DNA of 63,995 nucleotides, the filler included, from Circinaria calcarea (lineage: Eukaryota): the NCBI GenBank assembly GCA_051942165.1. It is 4 parts of 4 records of this genome, joined end to end, with 100 filler letters (N's around TTAATTAATTAA, not from the genome) between each part and the next. Parts side by side here need not be neighbours in the genome. Positions count along the whole stretch, not along the records: positions 1 to 16,673 come from JAVECS010000307.1; 3 more parts are not named here. The stretch is one strand, 5' to 3'. Both the position numbers and the translations under genes were made by a program. The notes beneath the pieces are model-generated. The model ran no database searches. It worked only from the letters and a program-made list of their open reading frames with translations, and was not told the origin of the DNA. Positions within the stretch are counted from its first letter, which is position 1, and each line of letters starts with the position of its first letter. Of the stretch, positions 1 through 12,536 are shown piece by piece.

Positions 1-294
1 CACAGTCATGATCTGGTATTCCAGGATCCCTTCAAGTTCTAATAACTTCTCCTTGGCTCGCTGCAATGAGCCACTCAGGCTCTGATGGAGAGGAGGTCCG
101 CTTGAGTCGATATCTCTTCTTAGCAATGAATCGATCTCTTGGAGCAAAAGACGAAGGTCTTCGATCTCATTGTTCAAGGCCCGGATTGTATTGGGAGCTC
201 CACGAAGTGAAGCAAGCTTACCTAGGCTTCGACCGACACTGCTTGCAGCTCCAACGACTGCGACAATGCCAGCAGTAACCGACAATGGATCCAT
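1..294 (-). CDS. HeLo-like / fungal STAND N-terminal domain protein, 5' part only (runs off window start)
   Basis: Not in the ORF track. Manual translation from ATG at 294 gives MDPLSVTAGIVAVVGAASSVGRSLGKLASLRGAPNTIRALNNEIEDLRLLLQEIDSLL...LQRAKEKLLELEGILEYQI, with the typical 'MDPLS(I/V)TA..A..' start and 'AP..I.AL.NE..DLR..L' motif. Clear paralog of the 10215-10700 exon. Confidence 0.8.
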   Translation of the reverse strand, partial: MDPLSVTAGIVAVVGAASSVGRSLGKLASLRGAPNTIRALNNEIEDLRLLLQEIDSLLRRDIDSSGPPLHQSLSGSLQRAKEKLLELEGILEYQIMTV

Positions 295-1298
295 AACTCA
301 CATACAGTAGAAGAACGATGAATTGTCAAATGATCATAGAAAGGCATTACACTTGCACTGTGGCTTTGAACATTTCACACCGGGATAAGTCATGGTAGAG
401 AGGAATATAATGATTGGAGATGTCTCCTGAGTCACACTTGTGCTTTGCCTTTATTATTTAGCAGCACCTATCATCTTAACGAGTCCCCCGAGGTTACACA
501 GAAACGACGCAGCTTCCGACTCAGTGTCTGCGGCCCAATTATCGAGTTCATGAAGATGCAGGTGCATTCGGCAATGCTTGCATATGCAGCTGAGACACTG
601 CCAACAAGGCTCAGGTGCTGCAGACAGAATGTTATCGTATCAATAGGGCAAAGTCTCATGTAGCGGGGAAAGGAAAACTGTAGAAGATCCTAGAGCAGAA
701 TGGTTCTCCGATTGGTAGATACTTTAGGTTTAGCAATTTCAGCCTGGACCATACCAGACACTTTCAGGCTGTGATGGTAAGGAAGCAACATTAACCCAGG
801 CACCTGTTTATAGAAAAGCATGTAGCGTCTGCTTGAGCTTGGGCTAGCCACTTTATAAGAGTAATGATAAGGAGTAGGTGGCAAGGAAAATTAGAGTATC
901 TAATCATGGAGAATCATAGAATACAGAAGACTGTAAGGATAGCAGTGAATCAAGGAACAAAGAAAAAGTTCGCAGTGCCTTTGTAGATGTCGTACAAACA
1001 GCATGGCTGAGACCTGATTTGCACGGCTGGAACACGCCTCATGGGCCACTTATCTACACCAAATTACCAGCTGAGTGTAGTAGCTGCATATAAAGCTTCT
1101 TCTTGGTGGGATAAGAATGTTGATCCCCAGCAGTAGGTTCTCGGCCTCGTGCTATCGCTGGTGGCCTTGTGTCATCTATGAAATCATTTATTATCTTGAG
1201 AGCGCTAACTGAGCCACATAGATATGTTTTCTTTCATGCTCTAGAAGTGACTCTTGAGGTGAAGGTGTGTGTGTACCATGAAACCCATATCAGGCTCT

Positions 1299-2021
1299 TC
1301 ACCAAGGAATCTCATCCCCCTCCCTCGAGTAAAACTTCCCCGTGTCCTTCTTTCCAAATCCCTCAATCATCGGCATCATCATCTTGACCGCGTCCTCAGC
1401 ATCAATCGCGCCTTCCTCCCGCATAGTCGGCACCATCCTCGACTCCACCCTGCCCGGATGGACAATCGTAAAGCAAACCTCAGGCACATCAATGGAAAAG
1501 GACTTGACTAGTGCGTTTAGCGCCGCCTTGGATGCACGGTACGCATACTTGGATCCGTCGTGATTGGACGCAATAGAGCCCATCCCTGAGCCCATGATGA
1601 CCACCTTGGCGCCCTGCTTTGGCGCCTTGAGATTCGGGATCAACGCCCGGATCAACAGAAACGAGCCCACAGCGTTGATCTGTAGCGTCTTCATCATCGT
1701 GTCCGAATCCATGACTTCCATTGTCTCGGCGGCGCTAGGATCTTTTTCTTTCTCCGTGATTGCAGGGACGAGACCGCGGATTGCGGCGCTGTGGATGAAG
1801 AGGTCGACGGGTTGTCCATCGAGGGATTTGACGAAACCATCTACGGAGGATTGGGAGGAAGCGTCGATGGTGTGTTCATGAACTTTTGCAGGTACGTCGG
1901 AGATCTTGTCTGGAAACGAAACGTCGAGGGCGTGGAGAGTGTTGCTTTTGTCAGGGGCGAGGAACTTGAGAAACGTATGGCCGATGCCGGAGCCAGCGCC
2001 TGAGATGACAACGGTCGGCAT
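1299..2021 (-). CDS. Short-chain dehydrogenase/reductase (C-factor/CsgA-like), intact
   Basis: 240-aa ORF with ISGAGSGIG Rossmann motif, catalytic YRASK, HPGRV and the C-terminal 'GKFY..EG.EIPW' typical of this SDR subfamily. Confidence 0.9.
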   Translation of the reverse strand: MPTVVISGAGSGIGHTFLKFLAPDKSNTLHALDVSFPDKISDVPAKVHEHTIDASSQSSVDGFVKSLDGQPVDLFIHSAAIRGLVPAITEKEKDPSAAETMEVMDSDTMMKTLQINAVGSFLLIRALIPNLKAPKQGAKVVIMGSGMGSIASNHDGSKYAYRASKAALNALVKSFSIDVPEVCFTIVHPGRVESRMVPTMREEGAIDAEDAVKMMMPMIEGFGKKDTGKFYSREGDEIPW

Positions 2022-2194
2022 TCTGATGGTGATTACCTATATGTTCGTGATGATAATAAACGATTTCGATGATACAGGATTATCCTGCGAAATACACAAT
2101 CGAGAATGTACTATTTCAACCCTACGACACTTTACATAACGGTCACTGCAGAACGGTGATGTGACGTAACAAGTGACTTCATTTGATGCAGGCC

Positions 2195-3817
2195 TTAGGT
2201 TTCTACATCCGGATGTATCTTCTCCAAGTCCGCCTTTCCTGCTCCTTCAATTGCCTTCAACAACCCGTCCACTGTCTCCCTTCTCGTGTCCCTGTTAACA
2301 ACTACTCTAAAGAACTTGCCCTTCTCTCCAGGTGCATAATCAACCATGAAACCCTCTCGGATCAGACGCTCAGCGATATCCTCCGTTGCTTTCGAGTTGC
2401 CTTCGGCTTCTGGGCAGATCTCTCCGTGAGGAGCGTAGTGGAAACACACTTGTAGACAGGGTGGAGGATTCGAAGAGACAAGTCTGAGATGTATGCGGCC
2501 GTGTCGAAAGCTCGGTTGACCTGACTAGCATATCCTGTTTTGCCGTAATAGATCCAGCCAAGGGCAAGTTTCAATGAATCACCTCGTCGGCCACATTGTA
2601 AAGTTAGGTCTGCAAGATCATAGACTTCTGTGTTTTCGTTAATCCCGGCCTCGCTATGAAACAAGTACCCAGCTGGAAGAGTATTCGTCTTGTGGAATTT
2701 ACGCATGTCAGCACCTAAAAGGAATGAACAAGTAATAGGCACACCCATCATTTTATGAGGGTTGATTGCAATAGAATCTGCTTTCTCTGAACCTGCCATT
2801 TTGTGGGAATGCTTGGCGGAGAATATAGCCGGACCGCCCCAGGAGGCATCGATATGAAACCAAAGGTTGTGCGTTCTACAGATCTTGGAAATATCGTGGG
2901 AGGGATCGTAAGATCCAAGGACAGTCGTCCCGGCCGTTGCATTAACGTAAAAAGGGGTATAACCTTCTGCTTCAGCCTTCTTGATTTGCACTTTGAGCTC
3001 CGATGCTTTCATTCTTCCTTCATCGTCAATGGGGACAGACCAGACAGAAGCACTACCAAAGCCAAGCATTTGCGCTGCCTTTTCGATACTGTAGTGGCCA
3101 TAAGCGCTTGTAAACAATACCAATTTCCGACCTGAAGCGAAATTACCGTTCTCCTTGGTGTCTGGAAACAACATATTGCGCGCAATGACAATTGAGGTTG
3201 TATTCGACGCCGAACCACCTTGGGCAGAGATACCTCCAGCGTGAGGTCCAGATAGACCAAATAGATTTGCCAAGGTTTTCGAGGTTGTCTTCTCGATAAT
3301 CGTTAAGGCAGGTGAAATCTGGTAGATATGTAGATTGGTATTGAGGACAGCTAAGATGAGCTCAGATGCAATATTAGAAGCATCTGTTGAAGTATATAGT
3401 TTGTTTAGGAAACCCTGATCCCACGTATTCACCGAGTACTGTAAGATTTTTGCACGAATTTGAGGAACCCATCTTGCCCTTCACTAATATCTGGCAATTG
3501 TAGGTCCAGTAATTGTCCCAACTTCTGCGGTTTATGATGCTCTACCAGAGCTGTCCGGGGCCCATCTTCTTTGACCGTCAGTTCATGCCCTGTCGACTTT
3601 GTTCCAGCATCTTCGTCCGCTGCGCGTATGTATGGTATAACAAGGTTTTGTACAGCATTGAGTAACTATATCAATTAGTCGTATCCTCGCATACATTGAT
3701 TTGTATCCCCATTATAGCTGAAGTCGGAGTTTGACCCACAGTAGAAACCTCATCCGCACGGCTCAATATATGTCTTTTGCTTGGCCTATCTGGCAGCTGT
3801 TCCGCATCTCCAGACAT
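2195..3817 (-). pseudogene. PLP-dependent group II decarboxylase (glutamate/cysteine-sulfinate decarboxylase-like), two frameshifts
   Basis: ATG 3817, intron 3739-3666, motifs ATAGTTVLGSYD, HIDASWGG, INPHKMM, LTLQCGRR. The frame breaks in an A5 run at ~3447-3451, where KILQYSVNTWDQ needs one more A. It breaks again at ~2480, where AYISDL jumps frame to LVSSNPPPCLQVCF. Confidence 0.8.
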
Positions 3818-4030
3818 CGTTAAACAGTGAGCAACGCAGCAGGACTAGCGATAAAGGAAAATAAACTCGAGTATTATAGCGACAAGAAATAATATAGAAT
3901 TTGGAAAGAAGCAACCATTTCTTCGGTCGAGATTATATCATCATTGTTCGCCTTCGGTGCATTAGCTTCCGCCGCTAAAACATAATCTTGCCGGGACGGG
4001 TCTTGAAACTCTAATATTTGTTCCTGAAGC

Positions 4031-5485
4031 TTATTTTCGATTTGCTCCTTTTGCTGCATACTTCTCCCTGGCGAGTTCAATTGCGCTTTTTGCTGTGGCT
4101 TCGTGATTGACTACGGCCTTGATGACTGAGCCGTTCACGCCATTTATAGTACCTTTAGCCTGAGAGATCCATTCGAGTCTACGCCTCTTGTAAAGATCCA
4201 TTATTCAATTCCTCCACACTGCTCGCCCAGAGAAGGATTTCTTCAAAACGGTTTTATGCTCTAGCAGCTCTTGCGCGAATCGCTCTCGTATAAAGAAAAG
4301 ACTCTCGGTAGATATCCAAAATATATCGACAACATATAATGCTATTGCATCAAGCGCGAGCTCTGAGAGATGCTCTTGAAATCGCTGCACAGTTTGGCGA
4401 ACAAAAAGCTTTGTCTGGGAAGAACAAGTAAAAGCTTTTTGCAACACGTGCGTCGCAGTTCGACTTCTGGCCATTAACAAAAGATTTTCCGTTGTACTGG
4501 ATACAATGCTTTCTGTAACTATCTCACGCAACTGTCCTGGAGCATCTAGCATAGCGGGCGGCATAGCCTGAGCTAGGAGTAACGCATAAGTTTTTCCGCT
4601 ATCTTGTACCTCTAATTGCTTCTTGCGCTCTGGAGCCATAGTCTCCACGTCGTACGTATCAAGCTTCAGCATTTTCAACAGAAGGTTAGTACGCTGGCCG
4701 CCGTACCCTCGAAGGATTGCATCTGCAACTAGATCTGTCTGAATTTGCCGAACTGCACAACGTTCAATCATGGTTTTTATGATAGACGACTGGGAGCGCT
4801 CAATTAGTGTTGGGATTTGGGGGCTTATCTGCTTAACTGCATGTTGAAGATCCTCTTGGCTTAAACGCTCTAACATTTTTGCCAGTACAAATCTAGCTGT
4901 CTCGTTCTTGACTAGACTCCCCATCTTTTCCCTGAATAGGTCCTTGTATATTGACTTGAAGACTTTACCAGGAGCAAATTCTATGATCGTCTCCAATAAA
5001 CGAGAACCAACAGGATCATAGAGTAGACTAGTGACAAACGATGCACTTGTGGTGCCCTGAACGAGCGGGTCATCCGGGAGAAGCTTTCGAAACAGAGAAG
5101 TCGCGTCTTTCGTCTTCTGTTTGCCGGACTTTGTGAACTGCAGCTCAAGGAGGAGTTGAAGGACAGGGTTTCCAAGAGGATGTGTAGCTAGTGCCCGAAG
5201 GTATGTAGTATCTAACGCTGCAACTGTACCTGATATCATCTCATCCAGCGCGATGCTAAAAGACTCTGGGACGGTGCGAGTGGCTATGGTATCTGGTTGT
5301 GATCCTAAGGTTCCACCCGTGATATCGATCTTTTCCTTCTTTTTACTTTGCAAAAGCGACATCGTGGCTGAGCCGGCCAACGGCCGTCCAGACAATACGA
5401 TGAGCAGAACTCGTAAGGTATGGGAGGCAAAATGGTCGGTTATAAGATACCCAAGGTTACCTTTGAGCTCATTAATCGTATATAG
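4031..5485 (-). pseudogene. NOP9: Nucleolar protein 9 (Pumilio/Puf-repeat) copy, 5'-truncated with internal stop
   Basis: Motifs LYTINELKGNLGYLITDHFASHTLRVLLIVLSGRP, GNPVLQLLLEL, YDPVGSRLLETII. TGA at 4205-4207 interrupts VWRN*IMDLYKRRRLEW, where W is expected, and the frame continues to KSAIELAREKYAAK. Similarity stops abruptly at ~5485, so the N-terminal part is missing. Confidence 0.85.
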
Positions 5486-5915
5486 GAGGTGGGAAAGAAA
5501 GGAGGAGCATTACAGGGAGGGCACTATTGTCTTCTAGGAGCATGCGTGGAATAGCCACAGCGAATAGGATATGTATGCTACTAAGTATGCTATAAATACT
5601 ACAGCACAGGCACAAAAGTAATAACCAAAAAGTATGAATTTCGTATATGGAATCCGTGTAGAAGAAAGACGTGAGAATCGCTGAGATATGGAGCGAGAAG
5701 CGCGCCCAATTAGCGTGGTTTCCCCGCCTCCTTCTTACGCAGCCAATCGCACGATATTCGTCTAATCCCGGTTCGAAAAGCCGGGTTACAGGAGGGGTAG
5801 AAGTAATCACACGTGATCAGCACTAACCATATATTGGCCAGCGCTTAACTTTCTCGTATAAATCCGTCTTGTTCAGTTCATTAAGCTTATTCTATTATTT
5901 CGTCAGCTAAAAGTT

Positions 5916-6425
5916 ATGGCTTCTCTAATAAACCCCATTGCTCGTTCTAAATTTCAGCCAAAACGAGTAATTCTAAGACTTCGAGTCAACGAGTTTGAGG
6001 GGGAGGGTCGAAGCTGGGAACAGCATGTTGACGCTATAAAAGCCCATCTTACATGGGCAGGACGCTCCACGAGCGAATATGAAGGCGAATACGAGACAAG
6101 AAAACATTTTGCTCACGTCGAGCCATTTCAGGCGCCCGAGCTGAAACAGACAATCTTTCACGTTATCCTCGACATCGAACAACACTTGCTTAAGGAACCG
6201 AACTTTGACACTTTGCCCCACGAAATCTACCGTGTGCGCCGGGATAAAGAGGGAAAGTTGTAAGGTGTGAGCCTCCTCCTTCTTGAGTAGGTTAGTTAAC
6301 TTTCTGATAGAGAGGTCTATGCATTCCAGAACCCCCTTGAAGCAGAAAACGTGATTTATAAAACACGAATGCTCACGGATATTATATACCCTTGGGCTGG
6401 CCAAAGTACCAGATCGCGAGAGTAA
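5916..6425 (+). CDS. Hypothetical ~152-aa protein, two exons
   Basis: ATG 5916; intron 6260-6310 (GTAAGG...TTAAC...TAG); exon 2 continues in frame as EVYAFQNPLEAENVIYKTRMLTDIIYPWAGQSTRSRE* to 6425. Confidence 0.6.
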
Positions 6426-7448
6426 ATGGGCGCAAAGAGAGCTATATAAATCAGGTATAGTATTAGATATTTTCTGGTGCTGAGTTGTCTCTAAGTGCAA
6501 CTGACGCAGGCCAATTCGTAGAACTTCTAATAAAACCTCTTGTTCTGGCCACAGCCAAAATCGCTTACTGCCTGGCTAGCTCCTGCTACGTAAAGATCTG
6601 CACAATGATATACCCGCTCTTTACCTCTATTCACCCTCCCTACCCAAGACCTAATTCCAGCCGCAGGAGCCACCACCAGCTGCCGAGCCGTGTAGTTAAT
6701 CAATGGATGGTAGTCTACAAACACATAAATTTTTAACTTATCTTATTAGATAATTTAAACCAAGATCTTTTTATTATTCAGCTACTCTTCACCTTCTTGT
6801 AACTCTGGGCGTACTGGTGCCAAAGAATATCTTAATTCCTCCCATGTACTGCTGGTCCTCCTTTCCCATCCTGCCTCGGTTATAATTTTATTGAGATCCG
6901 GTTCAGTATCACCCATATATATTACCACTGAGAAGCCGTTTGTGGTTATTATACGATCACAGAACTATAGCGGACATAGATTCCTATAAACGAACTTCAA
7001 CAGGTCATGACTCACAACTATCAGCCGGAGGTTCGGTTAGTTCCGTGATGCTCCGTGATGCATCTATTGATACGTATATCGGCACCCCAGTTCTGATGAT
7101 TATCAGGATCATTGATGAGCTGAAGACACTGAGGCGGACAGAAATGAGTATTTCAGCACCCCCAAAGGCGACGAGCAGGTTGACAGTAACGCCCAGCCAT
7201 AATGCCGTTAATGCACCAATATACGATAGCACACGCTGGATCTGACGAAGTGAAGGAAAGTAGGTATCCATGTGATATCGGATCGGAATAATATATTTGC
7301 GGAGCTAAGATGAAAGTAGTCTGAACCGCCGAGCCCGCGGTGAGAACCGGCTGCGGCATAACTTAGGGATATCTGGTAGAATTCCCGCTTTTTAGGCGAT
7401 TACGATTGGTAATTTTGAAATGGTCATTCGAGCGAAATAGTAAACAGC

Positions 7449-7560
7449 TGAAAGCTCATGGGAGCGCAAACGAAATGAGGAGGAGATATCACCCGAACTG
7501 GGTTCAAATCCCAATAGCGCTACTTTTGGGTGGTCCGGTGGTTCCCCCCTCCTGTTTTCT
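7449..7560 (+). repeat. tRNA-like / SINE-like dispersed element, copy 1
   Basis: Aligns by eye with the reverse complement of 24590-24692. Contains the Pol III B-box/T-arm TGGG-TTCAAAT-CCCA followed by TAGCGCTA, and ends in CCTGTTTTCT. Confidence 0.7.
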
Positions 7561-8034
7561 ACAGCTATTCGGTATGCATGTGCTTTGGTGGCAGATAGCT
7601 GAAATGGGGCGAAATCTTTAGAGGCTCGAAAATTCTGCCGTATTAGGCCCACCGATGAAAAGGTAATAATCGAAGTAGCTAAAGGTAGCAATACGATTTA
7701 CATCAGACTGCCAAATGTTCAATGAGAATCCGTATGATTTAATGGGTGCGCGGGAGTAAGTACCACCTTTCTATGGGTGCATCGGGCGTAGCATATAGAA
7801 TAAGGGGGTGTCTGAGAGTAGAGAATGATATCATATGGGTCCATTGTAAGAAATCGAGAGGAATCCAGGTCTAAACTAAACGCCAAGATAACTAGAACTC
7901 CCAATAAACACACACTACCAACCCATACCCATGTCTCCCCGTTCCCGTCCCCATCTCATTTCCCATAACCACCCCTGATCCCTTTCCAATTTGCCCCTTA
8001 ATGCCTCCTCGCAACACTCCACCCTCAAAGCACC

Positions 8035-10700
8035 TCAGACCTCCTTAAACCCTCCGGGCCCAAGTATATCCCACACCATGCCCAGCCGCCTCATCACCCC
8101 AAAGTTCAGGAAGAGGTACGCAAGTCCCGCAAAGCACAGGCCGAGAACCCAATAAGCCCAGAAGACCCTCGGTCCCCATCCAATCCATGGGTGTAGAATC
8201 GCGGTGGAAATACGTAGAGACCAGCTGGAGCCGCTTCTCTGGTAGATTGATCCTGCCCATAGCTGCCGGACCCACTTTGCTAGATACCGGAGATATGCTC
8301 GATCGCCTGATGTCGATTGTGAGTTGACGGGATTACTGCCGTCTGTACTGGAAGCCTCCTGGCTCGCATTTCGTTCTCGGATACCAGCAAGAAGGTTCTG
8401 AAATTGTGCAATGAACCCATGTGGTTTTACCTCCCGTTCCCGAGCTATCTGGATCGCTGTCTTCCCTTTGTTATTAGTGGCATCGGGATCAATGCTCTTG
8501 AGTTCTGCAGCTTGTAAAATACTGAGTGTCCTTGAACCGCCAGAACGGGCCGCCTGGTGCAGGATTGTGTTTCCATAAACGTTACTCTTGAGATAAGTAG
8601 CCCCGCGATGTAGAAGTAACTCGGTCGTATTATCTGCGTGATTGCGTATAAAGTCAGTTAATGGGGTATCGCGTTCGCAATCCAAAACGTTAAGATCAGC
8701 CCCGTAATCCAGTAATGCTTCTGCTGAAATGGTAGAATCTTGGAACGCGGCATGGCTAAGCGGAGTACAACCCCAAATAGTACGCTTATTCACATCAACC
8801 CCAGCTTCTACCAGGCACTCAATCATCTCCCTACCATTTTGATTCTCCGCCGCATAATGTAATGCATTAAAATTTCGATCGTTAACATGATGAGGATCTG
8901 CGCCCGCTTTCAGAAGCAGTTTTGTACATGTAGGGTCTGATCTTCGTGCTGCATATAGTAAAGGCGACATATAGAGCCGATTTACCAGATTTGGATCAGC
9001 ATTGGCTTTGAGAAGGAGATCAACGGCTATACTATCGCCTCTTCGAGCTGCCCACATAAGAGCAGTGTTACCGTCTGAATCGATGCGGTCGATGTCGGAT
9101 CCGCAGCTGGTCAATTCTTCTTCCAGCCTACGCGATGTTATATTAAGAACAGTTTTATGGAGCGTAGGGAATTGACGTTCTTCTAGACTATTGTCCTTAT
9201 CAGGAAAGAGGTTTCGTAGAGTTTCTAGACCGGCTTGATCTCCGGACGCTGCGAAGATGATGTTCCAGATGTAATCGAAAGCAGATCTATAATATTAGCT
9301 TTAAATAGTTGGGATTGAGATTTATTAACTAACCCTCCACCACCGAAGATTTCGAGGTAAGGATCTGCTCCAGCCTTCAAAAGAAATTCACAAGCTTTAA
9401 TTTTACGGGTTGTTACAGCTGTCTGGAATAAATATATGATTAGACAAAGATTGCATCGATGGATGGGATTTAGGAAGTTAAATCTACTTGGAAGCTTCGG
9501 TCTTATGTGATAGGTAAATTTGAAATATTACATATAATAAGAGCCGGTCCCCCATCACTCATAAAGTCATTTGGCGAAGCCAAACCTTTGCTAAATAGAC
9601 GTTTCAAGCCGTCCACATCATCATCTCTGGCTAAGCGGAAGATTTCTGACTCAGGTGAGACAATTCTTCTAACGGTCAAGGATACACTGATTTTATCCAG
9701 AGAGCCGCTCGCGAGTGTTATTATAAAAGCCTTTGTCAAAATTCAGGAAGGGAAAAGATAATGAACATATGTTCTAAAACTCGATTGAGACAGACAATTG
9801 GTATCTGTACAGTTTTGGAGCCCCATTATGGGGTATCCACAGTAGCCGACGAATAGAGTTCCTATGGCTTTGTGTAGTAATGCTGGTGATTGAAAGGTCC
9901 GGACTTTATGACAGGCGCACGTGCAATATGAAGTGCAGGGCGATTGTTGACAAGTATAGGCTCGGATGCGAATTATCGAGCTCGGAGCGCTGTCTCCAAC
10001 ATAGGTTGGGTGATGAGCTTGCGTAGTGGCTGAAGTTTGAAGGCTGAGTAGACCTTGTAAAATGGACTGGCTGCTTGAAACACTGGCAAGGAGCTTGGAA
10101 TGCTCATCAAGCTGCTGGGAAGTACGATCGCTAGAAAGGTGGTGGCTTGATTGTAACTGGCCAGAGATGACGTGAATTTGATCAATCGTAAAACCAATGC
10201 GAGATTGATGGGAGCTATAGAATTATTAGCCGGCTTTTCCCTGATTCATCGTGTATGTGCACATACGAGTTTACCACTACCATGTGCGTGGTTATATTAA
10301 GCCTAATATCTCGCAAGCTCTGTTGAAATCTCTCGATTGAACTCTTTGCTCTTGTCCATTCCCGTTTGGATACCTTGATTTCATCGGAGATAGATTCTGG
10401 TTTAACAAGCCGATATTGAATTAGTTCGTCAAGTTGAAGGAGTTTATCTTTTGCTCTACCGACTAAGATAGATATGTGCTGTAGCTCCTCTTGAAGTATC
10501 TGTTGTCTCTGTGTATCTTGAGTGATGTAGTGCTGTAGATCATTTAGGATAAGTCGAAGATCGGAGACTTCGTTGATTAGAGCTAGAAGCTCATCAGGTG
10601 CGTTGCGAATATTTTTTATTTTTGCCAGAGTTTTGGTGATGCCTCCAGCAGCTCCAACGACTGCGACGATGCTGGCGGTAATAGAGAGAGGATCGGCCAT
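8035..10700 (-). pseudogene. HeLo-like N-terminal domain + Cys-rich linker + ankyrin repeats + C-terminal hydrophobic tail; premature stop
   Basis: Exon 1 MADPLSITASIVAVVG...; exon 2 with CTSYCTCACH...FPS*ILTK (TGA at 9743-9745 where W is expected); a probable splice donor reads ATATGT (~9535) instead of GTATGT; multiple ankyrin repeats (GNTALMWAA, SPLLYAA, NALHYAA, GCTPLSHAA, GNTILHQAA). Confidence 0.8.
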
Positions 10701-12536
10701 TGTGATGATGGAGATATATCACTTGACGGATTTTAAGCCTTTGTGTATATGAAATGACCAATCGACAGAAATGCTACAATTCAACAGAATATGAGCTTGT
10801 AGCATTCGCCTTCAGAGATTACCGTGTTGGAAAATGAGGAGGGAAAGAAGAAGATCACGGCGATGGATCTCCCTGAGGTAATATGGCACAGCAGCTGCAT
10901 GCTTAAGGCATTGACTCAAGGTAGACGCCTTAGCATCTGTTCGGAGTCATAAATCGTGGAGAGCAACAGCTACGAGCCAAAGAACTTAGAAAGATCTTAG
11001 AAACGCGAGAGATTGGGGCAACAACATTGAAGCCTTGCGTACTAGGCACGGCCTTCCTTGAACCTACCAATCGAAAGATCGGGTAACACAGCATGAAAAA
11101 TGCATGATATTGCCGCTCATCTGCTTTCTGATAGTTCTTACCCGCTGGCACTTCGGCTCATTTACCAATACAGGGGAATGATATGAGTTATGCCCCGCAT
11201 AGACAAAGAAAAGCAAGTTCCTTGGATACTTAATACTTCGCCTGCAATTGATGAAGTATACTTAGGTACTGATAGATCCTTAAGTATTAAAGACTCATGA
11301 GGAGCGATGAAGGAGCTCACAAATTACTCCTACCTTCCCACCTCCCCACCTCCAACGATCCACCCAAACACTGGCGCGCCTTCATCGAAACCCCACTCCT
11401 GGTACGGCACCCTGCCCCTATATATCCAGGGCGTACTCCGTAAGGCGCAGAAAACGGTACTCCGTGCAGACGCATATGCACAAACACCAGCTCACGTCCG
11501 ATCGGCCTCAGGCTTCCAATCACCCACCCTAGCAAGAACCTATCAACTCCCAATGAGTATCCTGATCTTGAACGCCGTTTTGGCCATATGTACCTAGCTG
11601 GAACAATCGCCACCTCTTTCTTATCCATTCGGAGGGTGCGGAAAGCGCGAGGGTTTACTGTTAGGAGCTGCAGCGTAGCGGATACTTTCGAGGAGGGATA
11701 AAGGAGGTGGAGTGAAGGGTGGTTAGCTGGTTGGACGGCGAGGATACCGTAGGTGTGTGCCTGAGGGCGAATTCTTTCCTCTCGGCTTCCTATCACCTTT
11801 GACGGGCGGGGCTTAGATGGGCATTGCTGCCTTTCGCTGCCTTGCTGGCTTGCAGCTGCAGGAGTGCTTTCATCCAATCAGCAGTAGAGGCCTTGCCTTG
11901 AGGTGCCACAACAACAGCACTGCCATCGTTCTACAGCGATTTAGCCGATTGGCCCGCGCTTCGATAGCTGAGAATGGGGATAAAAGGTATAGCATGATAG
12001 CACGCTTGTTGTAACTCGTAAGGAATTAGAGTGCCTACTGAAATGGAGAGTGTTAACGCCTTCCGAGATACGCTAGGCTGTAGGTTACAATTTTTACAGT
12101 ACGATTCAAGGGCGGGTGGAAAAGTCGTTGCCAATGGAAGAAAACCAGTGTATAAAGACTGCCCCGTTCCTACTACCTATAGATTGAGCTTTTAAAATGG
12201 GACTTCTATACCTTCAGTATCTTACAACATTCAACGAGCTATGATTCCTGTGTGAGGGGGTCCTCCATTACCATATTGTGATTTCGGCAACGACTTCTAC
12301 TCACCCGCTTGAGGAAACTGTTGGTTTTGGGGACTCGGAGCAAGTATGAGTGCCTAAATTGCAACTGCCTTTGGGAAGCAGTGCTCTCTTCTGGATCTGG
12401 GCACCATTGCGTTCACTGTGATTATTCCTGTTCAAATTGGAATAACTATGTTAAGTAAGATCCGGTTTACTTGATCGATGTGGTAATTAATATTCACCCA
12501 TTACTTATTCACTAGAACCATGCTTATCGAGACCCT

